From an uncultured Candidatus Saccharibacteria bacterium (GTDB lineage: Bacteria > Patescibacteriota > Minisyncoccia > Phycocordibacterales > DAORIS01), in contig CAZXUH010000002.1 in the NCBI GenBank assembly GCA_964644035.1, positions 104,881-168,880 on the forward strand: DNA of 64,000 bases. Reading direction: 5' to 3'. The notes under the pieces are model-generated. The model was not told the DNA's origin and searched no databases. It saw only the letters and a list, made by a program, of their open reading frames with translations. The stretch's first letter is position 1, and every line of letters begins with the position of its first letter. Of this stretch, positions 1-9,478 are shown one piece after another. The position numbers and the translations under genes are program-made.

Positions 1-320
1 AGCAGAGCTTTACTGGTATTACTAAAAAAGATATAGAAAAAATGATCATAGCCTATGAACCGGTCTGGGCAATAGGCGCAGAGCAAGCTATGTCAGCCAA
101 TGATGTGCATGAAATGAGTCTGTTTATTAAAAAAGTCTTGCGCGAACAATGGAAGGGAATAAAGGTTGAATCGATACCTCTACTCTATGGAGGATCAGTC
201 GATGAAAACAATGCCGGCACTATTGTGCAGCAAGGTGAAGTGCAAGGGCTTCTTGTCGGCAGGCAGAGTCTCACCGTAGATAGTTTCAAGAGTATTATTT
301 CGACTCTCAATGGCCTATAA
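1..320 (+). CDS. tpiA: Triosephosphate isomerase, C-terminal part (5' end outside window)
   Basis: IAYEPVWAIG and LLYGGSV motifs; overlaps pgk start. Confidence 0.96.
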   Translation, partial: QSFTGITKKDIEKMIIAYEPVWAIGAEQAMSANDVHEMSLFIKKVLREQWKGIKVESIPLLYGGSVDENNAGTIVQQGEVQGLLVGRQSLTVDSFKSIISTLNGL

Positions 321-1485
321 ATTTAAATCAATTCAGGATATTCCTGATCTGTGTAGTAAGCGCGTAATTGTAAGACTCGATTTCAACGTACCAATAGATG
401 CGGGCAAGGTAAGAGATGATTATCGAATTCGCAAAAGCATGAAAACGATCGATTTTCTTCGTCATGCTGGAGCAAAAGTAATCATTATCTCTCATGTAGA
501 AAACGAACCCCAAACTCTTAAACCGGTATTTGATCATATTCGAGTGCACTATCCGGACATGCACATTGTCTTTTGTGAAAATATTTTGGAAGAAGGCAGG
601 CAGTGTATTGAAAATCTCAAAGATGGCGGTGTGGCACTTTCTGAAAACATCAGACTCTATGACGGTGAGAAGAAAAATAGTGCTGATTTTGCAAAACAAC
701 TTGCTGCATTAGGAGATATGTACGTCAACGATGCTTTCTCTGTCTCACATCGAAAGCATGCTTCTATTGTCGGTGTACCTGCATATTTGCCGCACTATGC
801 TGGTTTTCAGTTTATTGAAGAGGTTGAACATATTTCAAAAAGCTTCAATCCAAGTCATCCCTTTCTATTTATCCTTGGCGGAGCGAAGTTTGATACCAAA
901 TTGCCTTTGATCAATAAATTCCTGCCAATAGCAGATGGAATATTTGTCGGGGGAGCATTGGCTCACAATTTTTATAAAGAAAATAATGAAGAAGTTGGAG
1001 TGTCGCTCGTATCACCAGGGTTTTATGACACCAAGAAGCTTATTGAAACTGAAAAAATAAATCTCCCCGAAGACTTTGTTGTGCTCACTGGTACTGAAAC
1101 AAGTGTGGTTGAACGCACACACGTGAAGCCTGATCAAAAGATTGTCGATGCTGGTCCCAAGACGATGCGGCTCCTTGAGAAATTTGTTAATGCATCGAAG
1201 TTTATACTTTGGAACGGTACGCTCGGCGAGTACGAGCAAGGGTATACTGAGCCGACAACGAAGCTCGCCTCGCTTATAGCAAAGCGCACTCGAGAGGATG
1301 CTGAGGTGTGTAGTATTGTCGGTGGAGGGGATACGTTAGCGGCAATCGCTGCGCTTGGTGTCGAAGAACACTTTAGCTTTGTCTCGACTGGCGGTGGTGC
1401 TATGCTCGATTTGCTGGCCAATGAAACATTGCCGGGAATAGTAGCTCTCGAAGCAAAAGTCGGTAAAACTAGTACCGAGGAATAA
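310..1485 (+). CDS. pgk: Phosphoglycerate kinase
   Basis: VRLDFNVP, YVNDAF, LGGAK, GGGDT, VSTGGGA motifs. Confidence 0.97.
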   Translation: MAYKFKSIQDIPDLCSKRVIVRLDFNVPIDAGKVRDDYRIRKSMKTIDFLRHAGAKVIIISHVENEPQTLKPVFDHIRVHYPDMHIVFCENILEEGRQCIENLKDGGVALSENIRLYDGEKKNSADFAKQLAALGDMYVNDAFSVSHRKHASIVGVPAYLPHYAGFQFIEEVEHISKSFNPSHPFLFILGGAKFDTKLPLINKFLPIADGIFVGGALAHNFYKENNEEVGVSLVSPGFYDTKKLIETEKINLPEDFVVLTGTETSVVERTHVKPDQKIVDAGPKTMRLLEKFVNASKFILWNGTLGEYEQGYTEPTTKLASLIAKRTREDAEVCSIVGGGDTLAAIAALGVEEHFSFVSTGGGAMLDLLANETLPGIVALEAKVGKTSTEE

Positions 1486-1795
1486 TATGAATATGAGTAT
1501 GGAAAATCACTTGTCCGGCACTCTGGCCGATATTGGTGGTGATATTCATACCCGATGGCTGGTATGTTGTTTTTAAAATATCACTCGTCTTTGAAACAAC
1601 TCTAATAAGTTTTTCTTTTAAATCATCTGGCGTCTCGAGAAAGTTTTCATGGTGAGCTTTTGATATGACGAGCGTGTGTCCTTTGCTGTTTGGGTGAGCG
1701 TCAAGAATAGCCAGACAGTCATCGTCTTGATACACGATTTCGGATTTGATTTCTCCTTTTACTATTTTGCAAAAAATGCAGTTTTCCATATACAT
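1469..1795 (-). CDS. HIT family (Hint-like) nucleotide hydrolase
   Basis: CIFCKI N-terminus, GHTLVI, AGQVIFHTHIHIIPR histidine triad. Confidence 0.93.
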   Translation of the reverse strand: MYMENCIFCKIVKGEIKSEIVYQDDDCLAILDAHPNSKGHTLVISKAHHENFLETPDDLKEKLIRVVSKTSDILKTTYQPSGMNITTNIGQSAGQVIFHTHIHIIPRY

Positions 1796-1839
1796 TTATT
1801 ATAATCGGCTTGACCCATATATGCTACAATTCGCACACT

Positions 1840-3477
1840 ATGGACAATGCCCTTATCGATCAACTTCTCTACAATAGGGGAATACATACCGATGAAGAGA
1901 GGAATCGTTTCTTAGAACCGTCCTACGAAGAGCATATACATGATCCATTTCTATTGCCAAATATGGACAAGGCTGTCGAGCGTATTTTGTCTGCGATAAA
2001 AAATAATGAAAAAATCGTCATATATAGTGACTACGATGCCGACGGCATACCAGGTGCAGTAGTACTACATGATTTTTTTAAGAAAATAAATTATTCCAAT
2101 TTTTCAAATTATATTCCACATAGGCACGATGAAGGGTTTGGTCTCAATCTCGAAGCAATCGAGCAGTTTGTAGGAGACAAGGTAAAGCTTATGTTTACGA
2201 TCGATTGTGGTATTACCGATGTCGAGGAAGTAGCTCGCGCCCAAGCAGGCGGGATCGATGTGATTGTCACCGATCATCATATTCCGCACGGTGATTTGCC
2301 TGTTGCATATGCCATAGTCAATCCAAAACTTGCAGAGAGCCAGTATCCATTTCCAGACCTCTGCGGTGCGGCAGTGATTTTCAAGGTGGTGCAGGCGCTT
2401 ATCACAAAAGGCAATTTCAATATTACCGAAGGCTGGGAGAAATGGCTTCTTGATATGGTTGGTCTAGCAACACTTTCTGACATGGTTCCTCTCAAAGGTG
2501 AAAATCGTGTCCTTGCATACTATGGTCTCAAGGTATTAAAGAAATCTCCACGACCTGGTTTGGCAAAACTTTTTTCAAAAATGAATATGAAGCGTCACCA
2601 GATCTGCGAGGATGATATTACATTTATGATCGCTCCGCGTATCAATGCAGCTTCAAGAATGGGGCATCCGATCGATGCGTTCAATATGCTTGCAGAGCAA
2701 AAGCAGGATCAAGCTGCCTTTCATGCCGAACATCTGATTTCTCTCAATGACGAACGCAAACGTCTCACTGCATCGATCAATACTTCGATCAGAGCTATGT
2801 TGCATAAAAAAGAGCCGCGACCAGTACTTGTGATCGGCGATGTGTCGTGGAAACCGGGCGTACTTGGACTTGTTGCCAATAATCTGGCCGAAGAATACAA
2901 GCGGCCAATCTTTGTGTGGGGGAGAGACAATGGGACTTTGATAAAAGGATCGGTGCGCACTGGCAATAGTGCCAATATTGTCGATCTTATGGAAAAAGTC
3001 AAAGATATTTTTGTCGATTTTGGCGGGCATGCTATGTCGGGTGGATTTTCTATATCACATGAAAAGATCGATTATCTCGATGATGCACTCAATGGAGCGT
3101 ATCAGCTCATCACGGTACCTGAGCCAGAAAGCAATACGCAACTTTTCGAAAGCGAACTACCAATTGAAGCATTGACTGAGCGTACGCTTTCACAGATTGA
3201 AAAACTGTCTCCTTTTGGTGTTGGTAATATCAAGCCAATATTTCTTATCAAAAACGTAAAACCTATATCAATCAAGGCTTTTGGAAAGGGCAAAACACAT
3301 ACAGAGGTTATTGTTCAAGGTCCAAAAGGGCCAATACAGGCTGTAGCATTTTTCAAAACTCCAGACCAGTTTACTGCACTCTCAATAGACAATACAATTC
3401 AAGTTGTCGGTAGTCTCGAAAGGTCATATTGGCGTGGATCGTCACCCCTCAGGTTGCGCATTGTCGATATTCGTTGA
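1840..3477 (+). CDS. recJ: ssDNA-specific exonuclease RecJ
   Basis: DYDADG, TIDCG, VTDHH, APRINAASR, FGGH (DHH/DHHA1); ATG 1840 preferred, preceded by TGcTACAAT. Confidence 0.95.
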   Translation: MDNALIDQLLYNRGIHTDEERNRFLEPSYEEHIHDPFLLPNMDKAVERILSAIKNNEKIVIYSDYDADGIPGAVVLHDFFKKINYSNFSNYIPHRHDEGFGLNLEAIEQFVGDKVKLMFTIDCGITDVEEVARAQAGGIDVIVTDHHIPHGDLPVAYAIVNPKLAESQYPFPDLCGAAVIFKVVQALITKGNFNITEGWEKWLLDMVGLATLSDMVPLKGENRVLAYYGLKVLKKSPRPGLAKLFSKMNMKRHQICEDDITFMIAPRINAASRMGHPIDAFNMLAEQKQDQAAFHAEHLISLNDERKRLTASINTSIRAMLHKKEPRPVLVIGDVSWKPGVLGLVANNLAEEYKRPIFVWGRDNGTLIKGSVRTGNSANIVDLMEKVKDIFVDFGGHAMSGGFSISHEKIDYLDDALNGAYQLITVPEPESNTQLFESELPIEALTERTLSQIEKLSPFGVGNIKPIFLIKNVKPISIKAFGKGKTHTEVIVQGPKGPIQAVAFFKTPDQFTALSIDNTIQVVGSLERSYWRGSSPLRLRIVDIR

Positions 3478-3537
3478 GGCTACGCTTTATTTTTTCTTCA
3501 TTTAGGCATACTATAGCTGTGTCGTTAACTCGCCACC

Positions 3538-4434
3538 ATGCTACGCCGCCTTACATTACTCACCCTCGTCACACTCGTGTTTATGGGTGCCGTATATGCA
3601 ATCAGGGAAGTTGGTGTGCCGGCTCTTTCTTCGGCCATTCACAAGCAAGAGGTCAAGCAATTTGAGCTTGTGACCGATGAAACAGAATCAGCCGCAGTGA
3701 CCAAAGAAGTCCTGTTATCCTCACCGCTTATTATTTTGGGAAAAAGTGATGCTACTCCCTTTACTCCGACCCAAGTAGTGCTCGAGACCAATCGTCAGCG
3801 TGTCATGATGAATTTGCCTGAGCTTGTCGAGAATGAAGAATTGGCTGCAGCAGCAGAAATGAAAGTTCGAGATATGTTTGAGCATCAGTACTTCGAACAC
3901 AATTCTCCGCTCACTGGCGGTGGTCCCGATTCGCTTGCGCGCGCTGCTTCGTATGAATACGTTTCGCTCGGAGAAAATTTGGCACTTGGTAATTTTGGCG
4001 ATGAAGCTGCTCTTGTCGATGCGTGGATGAAAAGTCCGGGACATCGGGCAAATATTTTGCGTTCGCAATTCCAAGAGATTGGCATAGCAGTTGGCAGAGG
4101 AGAGTATCAGGGTAAGCAAGTGCTTATTGCAGTGCAGGAATTTGGTCGCCCTCTCAATAGTTGTCCTGCGGTAAAGGCTTCAGCCAAAAAATCGATCGAA
4201 GATGACAAGATTGCTTTGGCCGCTATAGGCGAAAAACTAACTAAAGCTCGCGCAGTAATTGAAACTCTTGAGAATGATCCAAAAGCCGATGATCAGGTCT
4301 ATCAGCAGAAAGTCAATGAATACAATACCCAAATTGGTGCTTACAATGCGCTTGTAGCTCAGATCAAGCAGAAGACAACTGCGTACAATGCTCAAGTCCG
4401 TGCATTTAATGCATGCCTTAAAACCTCCTCATAA
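3538..4434 (+). CDS. Membrane-anchored CAP/SCP domain protein with C-terminal coiled coil
   Basis: N-terminal hydrophobic helix; YFEH, GENLA, WMKSPGHRANIL CAP motifs. Confidence 0.88.
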   Translation: MLRRLTLLTLVTLVFMGAVYAIREVGVPALSSAIHKQEVKQFELVTDETESAAVTKEVLLSSPLIILGKSDATPFTPTQVVLETNRQRVMMNLPELVENEELAAAAEMKVRDMFEHQYFEHNSPLTGGGPDSLARAASYEYVSLGENLALGNFGDEAALVDAWMKSPGHRANILRSQFQEIGIAVGRGEYQGKQVLIAVQEFGRPLNSCPAVKASAKKSIEDDKIALAAIGEKLTKARAVIETLENDPKADDQVYQQKVNEYNTQIGAYNALVAQIKQKTTAYNAQVRAFNACLKTSS

Positions 4435-4435
4435 T

Positions 4436-5206
4436 ATGAATATATTTTATGCAGCTATTCTTGGAATATTGGAAGGAGTAACAGAATTTATTCCTGTTTC
4501 TTCGACGGGACATCTTATTGTCGCTTCGCATTTGTTGAAGATTCCTCAAACAGATTTTCTAAAAATGTTTGAAGTGGTGATTCAGCTTGGTGCAGCATTG
4601 GCGGTATTGCCTTTATTTCTAAAAAGATTTTTCTCCGATAGAAAAGTTTTTTATCGATTGGTAATTGCTTTTATTCCTACAGCAATCGCTGGCGTGCTTT
4701 TTTATTCAGCGATTAAAACATTTTTCAATTCGCCCATGACAGTGATTATTAGTCTGGCTGTCGGGGGAGTAGCACTTATTGGCATTGAATACGTAGTAAA
4801 GAAAAAATCATCGAGCATGCTGCCGGCATCAGATTTTATTTCGTATAAAAAATCTTTTTTACTCGGCATGTTTCAAGCGATAGCAATTATCCCTGGCGTA
4901 TCACGATCAGGTGCAACGATTGCAGGGGGATTGCTTATGGGAATGTCACGGAGTGCTTTAGTAGAATTTAGTTTCTTACTCGCTTTGCCGACTATTGCTG
5001 CAGCATCAATATTTGATATCTACCAGACTCAGATAGCGTGGTCATCTCAGGAAATAACCTTGCTGGCTGTTGGTCTCATCGCGGCTTTTGTCACTGCGTA
5101 TTTTTCTATGAAATGGTTCTTGGCTTATATATCGAGGCATAGCTTCACTGTTTTTGGTATCTATCGCATCATTGCTGCGGCCGTATTTTTCTATATTCTT
5201 TTCTAA
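4436..5206 (+). CDS. uppP: Undecaprenyl-diphosphate phosphatase (BacA/UppP)
   Basis: EGVTEFIPVSSTGH and PGVSRSG motifs; ATG 4436 immediately follows the upstream stop. Confidence 0.95.
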   Translation: MNIFYAAILGILEGVTEFIPVSSTGHLIVASHLLKIPQTDFLKMFEVVIQLGAALAVLPLFLKRFFSDRKVFYRLVIAFIPTAIAGVLFYSAIKTFFNSPMTVIISLAVGGVALIGIEYVVKKKSSSMLPASDFISYKKSFLLGMFQAIAIIPGVSRSGATIAGGLLMGMSRSALVEFSFLLALPTIAAASIFDIYQTQIAWSSQEITLLAVGLIAAFVTAYFSMKWFLAYISRHSFTVFGIYRIIAAAVFFYILF

Positions 5207-5230
5207 CATATCCTGTGATAGGATAGTCCC

Positions 5231-5719
5231 ATGAAACTATCAACACAGACCATCGTTATTGTGAGTATGATTGCTGGTATTGGCATTGTTGCCGCTGTAT
5301 TTCTTATGAGTCCTAAGAGCACCAAGGGCGACGAACTCATTCCATTTGCTGAATGTCTCAAGGATAACGGCGCTCTGTTCTACGGAGCTTTCTGGTGCCC
5401 ACATTGTCAGGCTCAAAAGGCACTTTTCGGCACAGCGGCAAAAAGCCTTCCATATATTGAATGTTCGACTCCAGATGCCAATGGTCAGCTTCCAGTGTGT
5501 GATGCCAAGGGTATAAAAAGCTATCCAACATGGTATTTTGCCGATGGTAGCAATCATGTAGGAGAACTCTCTCTTGCTGAACTTTCTGCGAAGACTTCAT
5601 GCCCACTTCCTGGCGATGAAGGATCTGCAACCTCAACTCCTGCGCAGACGATATCGACAAGCACGTCATCACAGCTTCCAGGAGCAACAATTGATTTTGG
5701 TGTTCCAGTCACAAACTAA
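5231..5719 (+). CDS. Membrane-anchored thioredoxin-like protein (CPHC)
   Basis: N-terminal TM helix; FYGAFWCPHC...YIEC...YPTW. Confidence 0.85.
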   Translation: MKLSTQTIVIVSMIAGIGIVAAVFLMSPKSTKGDELIPFAECLKDNGALFYGAFWCPHCQAQKALFGTAAKSLPYIECSTPDANGQLPVCDAKGIKSYPTWYFADGSNHVGELSLAELSAKTSCPLPGDEGSATSTPAQTISTSTSSQLPGATIDFGVPVTN

Positions 5720-5728
5720 AACCGCTAT

Positions 5729-6265
5729 ATGACACCACTTGCTCTCAATGCTACATATCTATTCTCGGCCGGGGTAGTGGTACTTCAGATTCTTGCAGTG
5801 GTGGTTTTCTTTCTTCTGATTCAGAAAAAAGAAGTATCTTTTCTTTCTAAAAAATCTTTCCACATTATCTTTTTAACTGCTTTGCTCGCAACGCTCGGCA
5901 GTCTTTTTTATTCTGAAGTCATTGGCTTCGTGCCGTGCAATCTGTGCTGGTATCAGCGAATCTTCATGTATCCTCAGGTTGTCTTGCTTCTTGTAGCGTA
6001 TTGGAAAAAAGATAAGACGATGGTCATCGACTACGTCATGTGGCTATCACTTATTGGTCTGCTTATTGCCGGTTATCATTACTACGGTCAAATGATCAAT
6101 ACTAGCGTCTTGCCGTGCAATTCTCCAGGTATTGGTGCAACGTGCTCTTCACGACCATTTGCGACACTTGGATATATTACGATTCCTATGATGGCTCTTA
6201 CGAGTTTCGTCTCCAACTTTCTTTTGTGCATCTACCACAAAAAGTTTAAAGGTTTCAATTCATAA
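5729..6265 (+). CDS. dsbB: Disulfide bond formation protein B (DsbB/BdbC family)
   Basis: GSLFYSE..GFVPCNLCWYQRIFMYP, second Cys pair, 4-5 TM helices. Confidence 0.9.
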   Translation: MTPLALNATYLFSAGVVVLQILAVVVFFLLIQKKEVSFLSKKSFHIIFLTALLATLGSLFYSEVIGFVPCNLCWYQRIFMYPQVVLLLVAYWKKDKTMVIDYVMWLSLIGLLIAGYHYYGQMINTSVLPCNSPGIGATCSSRPFATLGYITIPMMALTSFVSNFLLCIYHKKFKGFNS

Positions 6266-6277
6266 TCTGAAACCAAT

Positions 6278-6865
6278 ATGTCTTCTCTCATACCACTTAT
6301 CACCAGCTTCGGCTATTTGGGTGTTGGCTTGGTAGTATTTGCCGAATCAGGTTTTCTCTTGGGACTTTTCCTACCAGGCGATTCGCTTCTGATTGCTGTC
6401 GGACTTCTTGCGAGCAAAGGGTTCATGAATATATGGCTTCTTTTGATCATCGTTATCGTCGCGGCAATACTCGGTGACAATTTAGGCTATGCTACTGGCA
6501 GGAGATTTGGCCCCAAGGTCTTTAGTAGAGACGAATCATTCTTTTTTAAAAAAGATTATGTGGCGCGTACCGAAGCCTTTTTCCTTCGTCATGGCGCATT
6601 AGCTATTATTCTTGCTCGATTTACTCCGATCATTAGAACCTTTATACCGATCATGGCTGGAGTCGGTAAAATGCCTTACAAAACATTTCTTATCTGCAAT
6701 ATTGTTGGGGGATTTATTTGGGGTGGTGGAGTACTTCTTGCAGCGTATCTTGCTGGTCTTTATATTCCCGGTTTTGAAAAACACATAGAAACGATTATTA
6801 TTGTGGTGATTGCCGTCTCACTCGTGCCAGCCGTGCTACAATTTATAAAAAGCCGAATAAAATAA
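6278..6865 (+). CDS. DedA family membrane protein
   Basis: [30 protein letters not shown] motifs. Confidence 0.93.
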   Translation: MSSLIPLITSFGYLGVGLVVFAESGFLLGLFLPGDSLLIAVGLLASKGFMNIWLLLIIVIVAAILGDNLGYATGRRFGPKVFSRDESFFFKKDYVARTEAFFLRHGALAIILARFTPIIRTFIPIMAGVGKMPYKTFLICNIVGGFIWGGGVLLAAYLAGLYIPGFEKHIETIIIVVIAVSLVPAVLQFIKSRIK

Positions 6866-6866
6866 T

Positions 6867-7253
6867 ATGAAAAATTTCGTAAAAGAATTTAGAGAGTTTG
6901 CCATGAGGGGCAATGTTATGGATCTGGCTGTCGGAGTCATTATCGGTGCTGCATTTGGCAAGATTGTCACTTCGCTCGTCAATGATATTGTTATGCCGCT
7001 TATAGGTGTGCTTGTTGGCCGAGTCAATTTCTCTTCACTTACACTCAAATTTGATTCTGTAGAGATCAAATACGGCAGTTTCCTTCAAACAACACTCGAT
7101 TTTCTCATTGTCGCTTTTGTTATATTTCTCGTCATTCACGCTATCAATAAAATAAAAAGAAAGCAGGCAGCGTCAAAAACACCTCCACCACCAGCACCTC
7201 TTACCAAAGAAGAGACTCTACTTACTGAGATTCGCGATCTATTGAAAAAGTAA
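6867..7253 (+). CDS. mscL: Large-conductance mechanosensitive channel
   Basis: [28 protein letters not shown]; C-terminal LLTEIRDLL. Confidence 0.97.
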   Translation: MKNFVKEFREFAMRGNVMDLAVGVIIGAAFGKIVTSLVNDIVMPLIGVLVGRVNFSSLTLKFDSVEIKYGSFLQTTLDFLIVAFVIFLVIHAINKIKRKQAASKTPPPPAPLTKEETLLTEIRDLLKK

Positions 7254-7256
7254 GAG

Positions 7257-7784
7257 TTATACTCTCGTATCTCTAAGTGTTTCCAAGACCTTGTCGTGAG
7301 CTTCTTGAATGACTTTCTTTACTGTCTCAGGATGAGCAGCATTGGTAATAATGAAATTTGATTTCTCACTTGCTGTCTGGAGAGTAACATTGCCGAAGTC
7401 GAGAAATGTAGCGACAATCCCTGCAACATCAGTTGTAATATCTTGAATATTCTCAAGGGGAAAGCTCGAAATCTGGCGATTGAAAAGGCCGTGTTGCTCT
7501 ATATCGATAATTCTTTTATTGGTGACGACAAGCACATCGAGATAATAGTCAGTCCAAAAATAGAAAAAAGAAATCCACACCATCATGAGCCAAATAGGGT
7601 AGAGGATGACGAGTGCGATGACAATATCTATTGCAGCGTCGGCACTGCTCATTGCTCTAATGCCGACAATGAGAAATAGAGGAAAGAGTGCTGCGGCAAT
7701 GTTGAATACCACTTCGGAGATTATAAAAAACCAGTGTTTTCGTACTTCCTTGATAATAATCTCGTCTTGTTCAAGTGGGACCAT
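7257..7784 (-). CDS. Membrane protein with bacterial PH (bPH_2-like) domain
   Basis: RKHW, two TM helices, VVTNKRIIDIEQHGLF...IQDIT...FGNVTLQTA. Confidence 0.8.
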   Translation of the reverse strand: MVPLEQDEIIIKEVRKHWFFIISEVVFNIAAALFPLFLIVGIRAMSSADAAIDIVIALVILYPIWLMMVWISFFYFWTDYYLDVLVVTNKRIIDIEQHGLFNRQISSFPLENIQDITTDVAGIVATFLDFGNVTLQTASEKSNFIITNAAHPETVKKVIQEAHDKVLETLRDTRV

Positions 7785-7787
7785 ATA

Positions 7788-8018
7788 TTATCTAAATATT
7801 ATAAGTAGGGCAGCCAAAGCCAGTAAAATTGCCCCGACGGCTATGTAGATACTCTGTACAGTTCTCATCAGCCGGTCATTGGTGCCGTAATTTCTCCAAT
7901 GATAGCTATAAACCACAGCTGAAATAATGAAGACAAGGAGTGTCAGGAACAATATAACCCACAAAATACTTCCATTGAGTGACAGATGTATATTCTGAAG
8001 GAGAGACTGCGTATTCAT
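7788..8018 (-). CDS. Small two-TM hypothetical protein
   Basis: Two hydrophobic helices around YHWRNYG; 3 nt upstream of the PH-domain gene. Confidence 0.75.
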   Translation of the reverse strand: MNTQSLLQNIHLSLNGSILWVILFLTLLVFIISAVVYSYHWRNYGTNDRLMRTVQSIYIAVGAILLALAALLIIFR

Positions 8019-8052
8019 TGTATTTAAGTCTATTATATACTATACCTACACT

Positions 8053-8916
8053 ATGAATATAGACGTACTGACAACAGAAGCATCCAAGGATTATGAACTC
8101 ATCGACTCTGGAAATGGCGAAAAACTCGAGCGTTTTGGCGATATTACGCTTGTTCGCCCTGACCCACAGGCTCTTTGGGCACCAGCGCTAGATGCAGCTA
8201 CATGGTCAAAAGCCGATGGGCGCTTTGTGCGTGCTGGTGCATCGGGAAGCTGGAAGATGAGTCCAACAGTGCCTAAAGAATGGAAAATCTCTCTTGAAAA
8301 TCTTTCATTTGCTATAAAACCTTCTTCTTTCAAGCACGTTGGTGTTTTTCCAGAACATGCAGCCAATTGGAAATGGATTACATCAACTATTAAAAACTCT
8401 GGTAGGAAGATTTCCGTACTCAATCTTTTTGGATACACTGGTGGAGCAACATTGGCAGCACTGGCTGCAGGCGCAGAAGTCTGTCATGTCGATGGATCAA
8501 AAGCTGCTGTTGCAATTGCTAGCAGCAATGCCGAACTCTCAGGTTTCAAAGATGCAACAGTGCGTTGGATTGTCGATGATGTCATTGCTTTTATAAAAAG
8601 GGAAATCAAAAGAGGAAAGAAGTACGATGCGATCGTTATGGATCCGCCGGCATTTGGTAGAGGTCCAAAAGGGGAGGTCTGGAAGATTGAACATGACTTT
8701 AGTCAGCTTCTCACACTCTCAAAAGAACTGCTCACACCAACACCACTCTTTTTATTGGTAAATGGCTATGCGGCAGGCTATTCGGCGCTTGGCTATGCCA
8801 ATGCCCTTGAAGGTGTATTTTTGGGCTTAAAAAACTCTCATTGTGGTGAATTGACGATCAAAGATAGGTCGGGAAGGCTACTTCCGGCGGGCATATTTGG
8901 ACGGATTGAGTTCTAA
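8053..8916 (+). CDS. Class I SAM-dependent methyltransferase (RlmI/RlmK-like, probable RNA target)
   Basis: VLNLFGYTGG SAM motif, VCHVDGS, MDPPAF. Confidence 0.88.
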   Translation: MNIDVLTTEASKDYELIDSGNGEKLERFGDITLVRPDPQALWAPALDAATWSKADGRFVRAGASGSWKMSPTVPKEWKISLENLSFAIKPSSFKHVGVFPEHAANWKWITSTIKNSGRKISVLNLFGYTGGATLAALAAGAEVCHVDGSKAAVAIASSNAELSGFKDATVRWIVDDVIAFIKREIKRGKKYDAIVMDPPAFGRGPKGEVWKIEHDFSQLLTLSKELLTPTPLFLLVNGYAAGYSALGYANALEGVFLGLKNSHCGELTIKDRSGRLLPAGIFGRIEF

Positions 8917-8933
8917 TGTATACTTTACAGACC

Positions 8934-8960
8934 GTAAGTATGGCCCCCTTCTTACGTCTT
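8934..8960 (+). promoter_or_regulatory. Putative ECF-sigma autoregulatory promoter GTAAG-N16-CGTC
   Basis: ECF-like -35/-10 pair 5 nt before the sigma ATG; the same motif and spacing recur at 39396-39420. Confidence 0.55.
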
Positions 8961-8965
8961 ATCAC

Positions 8966-9478
8966 ATGAGCGTACCATCACAGAAAAAAGAGGCCTTTAT
9001 TAAGGCCTACGAGGAACATGCTGACAACTTATTCAGGTTTTGCCTCGTAAAACTGTCTCATAGGGATCAGGCCCTCGATACGGTCCAAGAAGTCTTTGCC
9101 AAGACTTGGCAATACCTCTCAAGCGGTAGCGAGATAGGGAATATCAAGTCGTTTTTATATACGACGGCCTATCATCTTATTGTCGACAGTTATCGCAAGA
9201 AAAAAAATGAATCCCTCGACTCGCTTCGGGAAGAAGGATTCGATCTTGCCGATGATCGCGGTGAAGTCCCTCTTTTATCTGTCGATTCGGAAAAAGTTCT
9301 CAAAGCGTTACACAAACTCGATGATAATTACAGAGAGATTGTAACAATGAGATACATCAACGAACTCACACCCAAGGAAATCGCCGAGGTGGTCGGTCTC
9401 AGCGAAAATGTTGTTTCGGTCCGCATACATCGGGGTCTTGAAAAGCTTCGAAATATGCTCAATATCACCAATGAATGA
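8966..9478 (+). CDS. ECF RNA polymerase sigma factor
   Basis: Region 2 (ALDTVQEVFAKTW, FLYTTAYHLIVDSYRK) and region 4 HTH (KEIAEVVGLSENVVSVRIHRG). Confidence 0.94.
   Translation: MSVPSQKKEAFIKAYEEHADNLFRFCLVKLSHRDQALDTVQEVFAKTWQYLSSGSEIGNIKSFLYTTAYHLIVDSYRKKKNESLDSLREEGFDLADDRGEVPLLSVDSEKVLKALHKLDDNYREIVTMRYINELTPKEIAEVVGLSENVVSVRIHRGLEKLRNMLNITNE

Noticed and set aside
1810-9478. Alternative genetic code (UGA=Gly) as in Gracilibacteria/Absconditabacteria
   Set aside because: Genes are full length under code 11, and recJ and the ECF sigma end at TGA at the expected positions.
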